Assembly (NCBI GenBank): GCA_964644645.1
Contig: CAZXXH010000002.1
Location: forward strand, 1 to 30,551
From: an uncultured Dehalococcoidales bacterium
GTDB taxonomy: Bacteria > Chloroflexota > Dehalococcoidia > Lucifugimonadales > Lucifugimonadaceae
Reading direction: 5' to 3'
DNA: 30,551 nt
Under the pieces are notes generated by a model. That model did no database searches and was not told the origin of the DNA. It worked only from the letters and a program-made list of their open reading frames with translations. Below, in pieces: positions 18,856-27,253 of the stretch (its first letter is position 1; each line of letters begins with the position of its first letter). A program made the position numbers and the translations under genes.

Positions 18856-20439
18856 TGTCTTAAGTTGTCTTGTAAGCCACCATTCCATGGAGTCTGCCAG
18901 TGCCAGCCAACTGGCTTCGACTATGTTTGATGAGGCGCCAACTGTATGCCAGATTTCTTTGTCATCGGCTGATTCTATGGTTACGCGTACTCCTGCTCCG
19001 GTAGTTCTTCCCTCGCTAACCACCCTTACTTTGTAATCGGTCAATCGTACGGCCGATAGTTTGGGATAGAACTGCAAAAGAGCTTTGCGAAGGGCATTGT
19101 CAAGCGCATTTACCGGACCGTTGCCTTCGGCGGCAGTGTGGAGTTTGTTTTCGCCTACGCGTACCTTAATCGTCGCCTCAGAATAATATGGTCCAACGTC
19201 GTCGCCGGAGATGTTCTGGCGATTTTGTATCACGACCATAAAATCAATTAATTCGAAGGGTGGATCATAGTTCTGCAGGCTACGCCGAACAAGAAGTTCG
19301 AAAGAAGCATGTGCTCCTTCGTAGGCGAAACCCTTGTTCTCACGCTCTTTGACCAATTTGACTAGGCGCGATGCGTCGTCTTTAGTCACATCGTCACTCA
19401 TGCCTAGTTCACTTACTCGTTTCAACACGTTACTTTTCCCCGACAGCTCTGAAATGACTACTGCGTTATGGTTGCCTACCATTTCAGGATTAATGTGCTG
19501 ATATGAATCTGCAACTTTCTGGACGCCTTGAGCGTGCAAACCTCCTTTATGGGAAAACGCGTTTGCGCCTACGTAAGGTGCAAATGGGAAAGGCCTACGG
19601 TTAACGATTTCGGCAACGAATAGGGAAGTTTCGGTAAGATCGGCAAGTTGTTCATCGGAGATAGCTTGTATTCCTAACTTAAGCTGTAAATTGCTGATGA
19701 TGCTCACTAAATTGGCATTTCCACAACGTTCGCCATAGCCGTTTAGGGTTCCTTGGATCTGTTCCGCACCCTCCTGAAAAGCGGCCAATGCTCCCGCCAC
19801 CGCGGTGTCGGTATCATTATGTGTGTGAATGCCGAGACGAACAGTCACAGAGGATCGAACTAGCCTTGTAATACGAGCGATCTCGTTGGGCAATAAACCT
19901 CCATTCGTATCACAGAGGGCCACACATTCAGCTCCAGCCTGTGCAGCCACATGGATAGCTTGCATAGCATATTCACTGTTACTGAGATAGCCATCGAAGA
20001 AATGTTCTGCGTCAAAAAAAACGCGGCGACCTCGTTCAATTAGATGTGTAACGGACTCTTCAATCATCGAAAGATTTTCTTCGAGTGACGTTTCAAGAAT
20101 TTCAAGTACTTGCATATCAGAGGCCTTGCCAACCAGCGTTATGACTGGAGCCTCTGTTCTCAACAATGCATTTATTGTTGCGTCACCAGACACATTGCTT
20201 CCAGGGCGCCGAGTATTGCCGAACGCGGTCACTACAGAGTGGCTGAGCCTCAGTCGACGCGACTTGGAGAAAAACTCATCCTCTTTCGGGTTGGCTCCAG
20301 CGTAGCCTCCTTCGATATAGTCGATTCCAATGGAGTCTAGACGCTCTGTAATTGCCACTTTATCGTCGACCGATAGTGCAATACCTTGCTGCTGAGCTCC
20401 ATCCCGCAGTGTCGTATCGTAGAGTTCTACAGTTGACAT
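18847..20439 (-). CDS. cimA: Citramalate synthase (bacterial, Geobacter-type)
   Basis: YDTTLRDGAQ, IEGGYAGANPK, FFDAEHFFDGY, GIHTHND, GYGERCGNANL, PYVGANAFSHKGGLH, DYKVRV. AGGAGG SD on the minus strand (20447-20452). Confidence 0.9.
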   Translation of the reverse strand: MSTVELYDTTLRDGAQQQGIALSVDDKVAITERLDSIGIDYIEGGYAGANPKEDEFFSKSRRLRLSHSVVTAFGNTRRPGSNVSGDATINALLRTEAPVITLVGKASDMQVLEILETSLEENLSMIEESVTHLIERGRRVFFDAEHFFDGYLSNSEYAMQAIHVAAQAGAECVALCDTNGGLLPNEIARITRLVRSSVTVRLGIHTHNDTDTAVAGALAAFQEGAEQIQGTLNGYGERCGNANLVSIISNLQLKLGIQAISDEQLADLTETSLFVAEIVNRRPFPFAPYVGANAFSHKGGLHAQGVQKVADSYQHINPEMVGNHNAVVISELSGKSNVLKRVSELGMSDDVTKDDASRLVKLVKERENKGFAYEGAHASFELLVRRSLQNYDPPFELIDFMVVIQNRQNISGDDVGPYYSEATIKVRVGENKLHTAAEGNGPVNALDNALRKALLQFYPKLSAVRLTDYKVRVVSEGRTTGAGVRVTIESADDKEIWHTVGASSNIVEASWLALADSMEWWLTRQLKTSS

Positions 20440-20826
20440 CGACTAGCCTCCTGGCTGCACCGTAATTATCTTGATCAATTTGCTTTTGGTAATCACACTG
20501 CCCGCGAAGAGGCTAAATTATGTGGGCACCTTAGCAGTTATCTGATCTCGTCAATCGCTGGAAAGAGGGTTGGCACTTATACGCAGATAGTAGCTCAGAA
20601 TACTCGTGTCCGATTGGCTGACCTTTGAAATCGGTACGATCATTAAAGTTGATACGCATATTCATTCTGGACGCTGCTCGACCAGTTACCACTGTTTCAT
20701 ATTATCGTTTAGACATCCGGCCATAAGTAAATAGCTCATTGATTGCCACTATCCCATAGAAGTCACTCCTAAGGGTAGATACATATCATGTTGCTTAATT
20801 GCCAGAGTGGCACCTGTACACCATAG

Positions 20827-21903
20827 TTGAAAAAACATACAAGTGTTCAAGAAGCAACACAGCATCGGATCCTTAATTTTATGTCCGCATTGATTTCACC
20901 ACTTAAGTTTGGCGCTTTGCTCGTTGATAGTAGGTTACTTATTCAACATGCTCGGCTCGCTGAGAAACACGGATTCGACTTTGTGGCCGTGGGCGAGCAT
21001 TTGATGCGTCATACTCCGAGTGGACCAACTCTCTCCGCTTTGCCAGCTCTCGCAGCGGCTGCTGGTGCGACTACCCGACTAGGTCTTCTTTCTTCAGTCG
21101 TAATTGCTCCTCTTCACAATCCCGTTCGATTAGCCAAAGATGCTGCTGTCGTGGATGTCATTTCAGGCGGCCGATTGACTTTAGGCTTAGGAATCGGGGG
21201 GGAGTTTCCACGAGAGTTTGAGTTAGCCGGCATTCCGGTGATTGAACGTGCTAGTCGTACAGATGAATCCATCCCACTCCTAAGGCGATTATGGATGGAG
21301 CGTGAAGTGAATCATATTGGACATCATTTCAAAGTTAATACCGTAACGCTCGATCCCTCACCGGTACAACGAGGCGGACCTGCGATCTGGGTTGGTGGTA
21401 GAACAGATGCTGCCATTAGAAGATCTGGCCGCTTCGGCGATGGTTGGATACCTTACCTATACACTCCTGAACAATATGAGGTATCTGTTCGTAAAGTAAG
21501 CAAGGCGTTCGCAAGTAGTCATAGGAAGAGAGGACTCGGTCATCAAAACCATGCAGAACGGATCTCAATTGATCCTTCAAAACCGGTATTGGAGGGTATG
21601 AGACCGTTCGCTTGGGGTTTGCATCTGATGACCACGATTCGAACGACATATGAAGAAGCATTAGTGGATACAGTATCGTCGCTTTCATCAGCTTACCGAT
21701 ATGGTGGCGATTATGCCCATCTTGCTGCTCGGTACACATTGCTCGGGAATCCAGACGATTGCTTGGAGATGCTGAGAATGTTTGTTAAGGCAGGTGCTCG
21801 ACACATTCTGCTTGCTTGGCAGGGTGATCCGGACAGTGTATCTGACCAAATCGCCCAAGCCGGCGAAGAGTTGCTGCCTGTAGCTCGTTGTATCACAGTC
21901 TAG
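20827..21903 (+). CDS. Luciferase-like (LLM class) flavin- or F420-dependent oxidoreductase (start may be the ATG at 20881)
   Basis: GFDFVAVGEH, AAATTRLGLLSSV, NPVRLAKDAAVVDVISGGRLTLGLGIG, PAIWVGG...GDGWIP. Confidence 0.9.
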   Translation: MKKHTSVQEATQHRILNFMSALISPLKFGALLVDSRLLIQHARLAEKHGFDFVAVGEHLMRHTPSGPTLSALPALAAAAGATTRLGLLSSVVIAPLHNPVRLAKDAAVVDVISGGRLTLGLGIGGEFPREFELAGIPVIERASRTDESIPLLRRLWMEREVNHIGHHFKVNTVTLDPSPVQRGGPAIWVGGRTDAAIRRSGRFGDGWIPYLYTPEQYEVSVRKVSKAFASSHRKRGLGHQNHAERISIDPSKPVLEGMRPFAWGLHLMTTIRTTYEEALVDTVSSLSSAYRYGGDYAHLAARYTLLGNPDDCLEMLRMFVKAGARHILLAWQGDPDSVSDQIAQAGEELLPVARCITV

Positions 21904-22053
21904 CGATCGTAAATCTCACCGTTGAGAGTGAATTACTGGATGGATGTACACCTTGATCAACAGGGTCATGGTTCTTGGGTAGGATATGTGCATCCAGTTA
22001 AGATGGATGAGTCTCAGTAACCGATCGGATCAAAATAATTAACGGAGAGTATT

Positions 22054-22593
22054 TTGAGCGCAGATGAATTGCTCGACCTAGGCTTAGCGGAGTCAATTGT
22101 GCCTGAAGCGATCGGACGGCCAGGTGAACGTAAATTCAAGATCACGGTCATTAGCCACAGAGGATCAGCAATTATATGGATGGAAAAGGAGCAATTATTT
22201 CAAGTGGCGGCTGCCCTCAAGCAATTTCTCTCTTCACGATCCGCTATCTCGAACGCTACGCATTATGTCTCACGCAATGAGGGTCCGTCGTCGGCTATCT
22301 CCGCGGAATTCAGGGTTGGTGAGATGTCGTTAAGTCATGATGCGAGGTCGGATGTCTTTACTGTGGCGGTGACTGACATAGAGTCCGAGCATGAGGGGGA
22401 CGACGAGGAAGATGCAGTAGCCGTGCAATTTAGCTTTACACGCGTCTCAGCAGATAAGATAGCGGATGTGGCGCTTGAAGTGGTGGCAGCTGGACGCAAA
22501 CCCTGCCCTTTGTGTAGTGCGCCTCAGGATCCCGAAGGCCACTTCTGCGTGCGGACGAATGGACATCGTAACTCACATATTGATGAAGTTTAA
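22054..22593 (+). CDS. DUF3090 family protein with a C-terminal CxxC...HxC metal-binding motif
   Basis: EAIGRPGERKF near the N-terminus and AGRKPCPLCSAPQDPEGHFCVRTNGH at the C-terminus. Lies directly upstream of an SCO1664-type gene, the usual pairing. Confidence 0.85.
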   Translation: MSADELLDLGLAESIVPEAIGRPGERKFKITVISHRGSAIIWMEKEQLFQVAAALKQFLSSRSAISNATHYVSRNEGPSSAISAEFRVGEMSLSHDARSDVFTVAVTDIESEHEGDDEEDAVAVQFSFTRVSADKIADVALEVVAAGRKPCPLCSAPQDPEGHFCVRTNGHRNSHIDEV

Positions 22594-22608
22594 TCACCCG
22601 TTTCAATT

Positions 22609-23361
22609 TTGAAGAGAGTTTTTGGGCCAATAGTCGATCAAAAGGAAACTCTCGAATGGCTAAAGCATTGGCCGATTGCCGCGTCAGCGCTTCATCCGGG
22701 TGGTTCTAACTACGTCTTTATTGTTGAACTCCAACCGGCAAGTGGAGCACTGAAACACAACTCCATTTACGCGGTATATAAGCCTAGGACCGGGGAGAGC
22801 CCGCTCCAAGACTTTCCGCCTAGTGGGTTGTACAGGCGTGAACGTGCGGCATATCTACTCAGTACGATATTAGGTTGGCCACGCATTCCGCCAACGGTAA
22901 TTAGAACAGGCCCCCATGGTCTTGGCAGCGTCCAGCTCTACATAGAAGCGGTATCAGGTGAAAACTATTTCACGATGCGTGAACGGAACATGGAGATTTT
23001 CGAATCGATCGCAGTATTTGACACTCTTGTGCACAATGCTGATCGTAAGGGTGGTTCGTGTTTAATGGACGGAAGTGGTGCAGTATGGGCAATAGACCAT
23101 GGGTTAACCTTCAATCCATTAGCACGTGTCCGCACCGTGATGCTCGAATTTTCGGGGCGGTCTTTTTCAAAGCCATTGGTGCAATCTTTGATCGATCTAA
23201 ACAAAAAATTCCACTCTGAGGCCGGAATCGTAAATGATTTTGCCTTGTTACTTGGAGCAGACGAACTTGACGCCCTACGGAGCCGTTTGAACCGTCTTAT
23301 TGATGAACCAATCTTGCCGAGTCTAGATCCTAACGAAAATGTGCCTTGGCCGCTCCTGTGA
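22609..23361 (+). CDS. SCO1664-family protein (PI3/PI4-kinase-like fold)
   Basis: GSNYVF, AVYKPRTGESPLQDFP, RERAAYLLS, GPHGLGSVQLYI, FDTLVHNADRKGG, WAIDHGLTF, RTV and terminal PWP. Confidence 0.85.
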   Translation: MKRVFGPIVDQKETLEWLKHWPIAASALHPGGSNYVFIVELQPASGALKHNSIYAVYKPRTGESPLQDFPPSGLYRRERAAYLLSTILGWPRIPPTVIRTGPHGLGSVQLYIEAVSGENYFTMRERNMEIFESIAVFDTLVHNADRKGGSCLMDGSGAVWAIDHGLTFNPLARVRTVMLEFSGRSFSKPLVQSLIDLNKKFHSEAGIVNDFALLLGADELDALRSRLNRLIDEPILPSLDPNENVPWPLL

Positions 23362-23420
23362 AGCGATAGGGTTGTCTCCACGTTTATTATGGACGGAGTG
23401 TGATTGGCCCGGCGGCATAT

Positions 23421-24350
23421 TTACAGGCCTAGCGATTGCCTCACAATTCTAGATAGTGACCGGTTCTTAGGTCTTAGGTTTTTACTAATGAAGTTGGTAG
23501 TAAATTCAGGCCCTGAAATGACGGGCCTCAACCATGTCCTGATGTTCTTTGTGGTTTCGAAGTCGTGAACATATGGTTGTGCGAAAGTTTCGAGCTTGTG
23601 CCAACTTCCACGTGAGTCAAGAGCCAGACTAAGGCCACCTGCTTCTGACACAATTAGCGAACCAGCAGCGAAATCCCATGAATTAGCTGGTCCAGAGATC
23701 GCGTACTGCAACACCCCAGATGCAACCATGCAAAGTTCCAACGCCACGCTACCTAACGTGCGGCGGGCGCCCATGTATTGGCGTAATTCTGATCCAATTC
23801 GATACCTTTCGTGCAGGGCTGATGGTAATGCCACAATGCTGCTTGGTGATGGAGAACCGCCGTTTGTAACATTCATTACTTCTAGCTTGTTTTCCCCGTT
23901 CCAAGCTCCAGCTCCGCGTCGAGCGTGGAACACATTTCCGCCTGCGCTACCAGACAACCCTGTCCACACCGCACCGGCCATAGGCACCCCTCTGTATAGT
24001 GCTCCAACGGATATTGCGTAAATGGGTAAACCGTTGGCGAAGTTGACAGTGCCGTCGATGGGATCGATGACCCATATCCAATCAGTTGCTATGCGCTCAT
24101 CACCCTCAGGGTCTTCCTCTCCGATCACAAGATGTTCTGGAAACGAGTGATTCAAATATTCGCTGATCAATTGTTGGCTTTTTCGATCGACGTCTGTAAC
24201 TAAATCGCGCCCTGCCTGGTCTTTGGCGTTGACATTTAGATTGCCTCCAAATCGTGACGAAACGAGGTCCCCTGCTTTCCTAACTGCTTCGTGGGCAACT
24301 TGCTCGACCTGAGCAAGGTAATCTACGTTTGCTTCTATCTTTGTATCCAC
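23421..24350 (-). CDS. Inositol monophosphatase family protein (SuhB-like)
   Basis: DLVTDVDRKSQ, IGEE, WVIDPIDGTVNFANG, RTLGSVALELCMVASG and WDFAAGSLIVSEAGG are the FIG-superfamily metal and phosphate motifs. Confidence 0.9.
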   Translation of the reverse strand: MDTKIEANVDYLAQVEQVAHEAVRKAGDLVSSRFGGNLNVNAKDQAGRDLVTDVDRKSQQLISEYLNHSFPEHLVIGEEDPEGDERIATDWIWVIDPIDGTVNFANGLPIYAISVGALYRGVPMAGAVWTGLSGSAGGNVFHARRGAGAWNGENKLEVMNVTNGGSPSPSSIVALPSALHERYRIGSELRQYMGARRTLGSVALELCMVASGVLQYAISGPANSWDFAAGSLIVSEAGGLSLALDSRGSWHKLETFAQPYVHDFETTKNIRTWLRPVISGPEFTTNFISKNLRPKNRSLSRIVRQSLGL

Positions 24351-24899
24351 GGGTAGTTCAGGTCACGTTATCAATGTGCACTAGGGTTTAGTTTGACCAT
24401 CGGATAATTGGCAATTCGTTGCAAGATCTTTCATCAGTCTTTTTTCAATGTCAACGCGGAACTTGTCCTCATTTGACTCGAAATCGCTTGTCCTTTGAGC
24501 GCCCGTTCGGCAGCATCGCTGTTGTGTTGATTCATGAGGTGAAGATCGGTCTACAATCTGCGATGTTCATCCGGTGGACATATATTCTCATATTAGTACA
24601 TACCAGTTGTCCTTGATCCAATGTTCAAGAGTGCTGAGGAATGGCATCAAGTTCATCGCGCATGTTTTTGTTGGTCATACTGCAGCAAATTTGGGTTAGA
24701 AAAAAATCGTTTTTTACGGGGGATTATGTACACAAGAATTTTGTTAGATGCGCATTGTTTTGATGAATATTTTGGATGGCAAGCTACATTTCCACTAAAA
24801 TCAAGGACGGGCTCTATTGAGCACCGGTATTGTTCATAGATTGATCAGGTCGTTACGCGGGTTGAAATGGCTACCAACCTTCTTTGAAAGGAGTTACAC

Positions 24900-25817
24900 G
24901 TGGAAACTATACCGACTCAGCGTCTTCGTCGGGACCCAGGTCTGGTGACCCGAATGTATTTCACCATGTTTCTGCTAGGTGTTCTTTACGCCATTTTTGC
25001 ACTTATCCTATATCGACTAAACTTTGGCATGGTGCCTCTAGTGGTAATCGTGGGAGTGATGGCGTCCGCACAGTATTTCCTGTCTGACCGGATGATCTTA
25101 TGGTCAACAGGTGCCAAGCAGGTGTCAGAGGATGAAGAGCCTGAGTTACACGCGATGGTGAATCGACTAGCGATACGCGCGGGCATACCGAAACCCAAGA
25201 TAGCAGTAATGACGAATTCTATACCGAACGCGTTCGCTACTGGGCGTAACCCAAGCAATGCTCTCGTAGCGATCACCACTGGTATTCGAGATCGCCTAAC
25301 TGAGCGGGAGTTGGAAGCAGTGATAGGACATGAACTCGCCCATGTGACCAATCGTGATATGAGGGTTTTGGCAATCGCCAACTTTCTTGTGATGCTTACC
25401 AGTTTTCTGATGACGATGTTATTTTGGAACATGATGTTCGGAGGCATGATGGGGCGAAGGGGTAACCAGGCCGGGCCGATTATGATCGTTTACCTAGTGA
25501 CAATTGTCGTCTATTTTGTAGGCCAGTTGCTGGTACTTGCCTTGACTAGGTATCGCGAGTACGGAGCCGATCATGGTGGGGCTGTAATAAGTGGGGATCC
25601 GAGTTCATTAGCATCGGCTTTGGAGAAAATTAGCGGCTCACTTGCGCGTATCCCAGAAAAGGATTTGCGTAAGGTTCAGACTGCGAACGCTTTCATGATC
25701 ATTCCAGCATTGAGCGGTCATGGGACGGCTAACCTGTTCTCGACTCATCCCCCGGTCGAAGATAGGGTGCGCCGGCTTAGGGATATGGAGCAACAGATGC
25801 GGTACGGGGATATGTAA
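24900..25817 (+). CDS. htpX: HtpX membrane zinc metalloprotease (M48)
   Basis: PNAFATGRNP, HEXXH as HELAH, TRYREYGAD, FSTHPP, with transmembrane segments. GTG start with GAAAGGAG. Confidence 0.93.
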   Translation: METIPTQRLRRDPGLVTRMYFTMFLLGVLYAIFALILYRLNFGMVPLVVIVGVMASAQYFLSDRMILWSTGAKQVSEDEEPELHAMVNRLAIRAGIPKPKIAVMTNSIPNAFATGRNPSNALVAITTGIRDRLTERELEAVIGHELAHVTNRDMRVLAIANFLVMLTSFLMTMLFWNMMFGGMMGRRGNQAGPIMIVYLVTIVVYFVGQLLVLALTRYREYGADHGGAVISGDPSSLASALEKISGSLARIPEKDLRKVQTANAFMIIPALSGHGTANLFSTHPPVEDRVRRLRDMEQQMRYGDM

Positions 25818-25820
25818 TTC

Positions 25821-26420
25821 ATGTGCCGTATCTTTGGTGTAGGGGTGGACAAACAACCCAAGTCAGATTGGGAAGTGATGTCCACGTTATCGAGCGCTGA
25901 CGTCAGGCTCAACAAAGATCGGGTTGCTGCGAAGCCACATCGGCGGGCCGGGCTGGTGTACAAACCCAACGGGTCGCCGTATCTGGACAATATAGAGCGG
26001 GAACTACGCTCGGTACTATATGAGGGGATCGGTGCAACCAAGACCTCGTTCAATATAAAGGACGATCAATACGGTACGCGATGGGTCGTACTTGAGGACG
26101 GAAACTTTGATGATTTGGTTTCGTCCGTGTTTACTGTCGGTAATGCAATTGTGTCCAATGGTGGAAGCAAGGACCTATTGGCGGCCGTATTTCTATACCA
26201 TTACAAGGTGAATACGAGGGAGAAATTGGGTGCTGCTGACTCCAATGTTTATTGGATTTATACCTACCGGCGCAAGGCTTTCTATCCGTTTGTACCTTCA
26301 GGAGCACAGGAACGGGACCGACCTGCCGAGCTACATCTAGCTAAGGTGATGAAGAAAATAGGCCTACACGTCGACGAGTCTTTGGAGGACTGGTACGGTC
26401 TATGGGGCATCCCATTTTGA
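25821..26420 (+). CDS. PspA-associated protein PspAB-like
   Basis: DQYGTRWVVLEDGNFDDLV, LLAAVF, YWIYTYRRKAFYPFVP...RDRPAEL...WYGLWGIP match the PspAB pattern as I recall it. Starts 3 bp after the htpX stop. Confidence 0.7.
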   Translation: MCRIFGVGVDKQPKSDWEVMSTLSSADVRLNKDRVAAKPHRRAGLVYKPNGSPYLDNIERELRSVLYEGIGATKTSFNIKDDQYGTRWVVLEDGNFDDLVSSVFTVGNAIVSNGGSKDLLAAVFLYHYKVNTREKLGAADSNVYWIYTYRRKAFYPFVPSGAQERDRPAELHLAKVMKKIGLHVDESLEDWYGLWGIPF

Positions 26421-26495
26421 GAAATTGTATTACTCGATATATGTCAAGATACTTTTCGACGTCCGGTCCGCGGTCATGATAGGTCATCATCTCTA

Positions 26496-27152
26496 TTGAG
26501 CACGACAAGCCCTAATATTGGCATGTTTAGTCGTTATGGCATCGACTGTACTCCTTATCGAGATGCAATTACGCGTTTTGGTGCTAATGTCTTTACCATC
26601 GGGCCTGATGACGCTTTTCCTGCTCAGGTAACTGGACTCATGTTGTGCGGTAGCTGGACAGAAGAACCACTGAAACGAGTAGAGCTTGATTTACTCAAGG
26701 CAATCATTGCCAAAGCAGTTGAATGCGGATTCCCAGTGCTTGGAATAGAGTCGGGATTGCACTTAGTTAATACAGTTTTTGGCGGTTGTGTGGGCGATCT
26801 TTTGTCAGCTCATGGTGACGATCCTTCAGTTGCCGACAGTGAATCAGAGCACAAAATCTTCATCTCCCCAGGTAGCAAATTGGCGCATATTTTAGGTGGC
26901 TCAGGGCATGTAGGTATGATTGGGACCCACAGAATTTCTCTCCAAGAGAGACATAAAGCACCCTCTGTGCTCGCTTCAGCGTACTGTATCGACGATGGAA
27001 GTATCGAGGCGATCGAAATGCCGGGGCGCTCCTGGGTTTTGGGGGTTGGCTGGCCGGTCCATCAGAGAGATCGTTTGTCTTCCCGTTTTGAGAATCTTCT
27101 TTTGGGTTTTTTGGAACGTGCAAGCGAAACTGTGCCGAGCCGACTCGCGTAG
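26496..27152 (+). CDS. Class I glutamine amidotransferase-like (peptidase C26 / PuuD-like) protein with degenerate catalytic motifs
   Basis: Scaffold motifs GLMLCG, PVLGI...GLHLVNTVFGG, ISPGSKLAHILG and DDGSIEAIE are present. GICRG reads GIESG and GVQWHPE reads GVGWPVH. Confidence 0.75.
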   Translation: MSTTSPNIGMFSRYGIDCTPYRDAITRFGANVFTIGPDDAFPAQVTGLMLCGSWTEEPLKRVELDLLKAIIAKAVECGFPVLGIESGLHLVNTVFGGCVGDLLSAHGDDPSVADSESEHKIFISPGSKLAHILGGSGHVGMIGTHRISLQERHKAPSVLASAYCIDDGSIEAIEMPGRSWVLGVGWPVHQRDRLSSRFENLLLGFLERASETVPSRLA

Positions 27153-27253
27153 TTTTTTTGCAAGATGGCAAGGTCGCAGACTGTTTAACGGCGCAGTACA
27201 GGTTACTGTAAGGACGCGATATGGAGCCTCACATTCTGAGACATGGCAGATAC

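Noticed and set aside
24612-24637. CIRCE or HAIR heat-shock operator upstream of htpX
   Set aside because: GAGTGCTGA (24629-24637) resembles only the right CIRCE arm and has no left arm. CTTGA-N8-TCAAG (24612-24629) has the wrong spacing for HAIR.
24381-24839. Small ORFs in the IMPase-htpX spacer (24419-24616, 24621-24839 and short minus-strand frames)
   Set aside because: No Shine-Dalgarno, no motifs and no protein-like pattern that I can support.
26418-26498. Readthrough fusion of PspAB with the C26-like protein (TGA followed by 25 in-frame sense codons)
   Set aside because: This can easily arise by chance. The linker looks random, PspAB ends at its expected WGIP terminus, and I see no SECIS-like or other readthrough signal.
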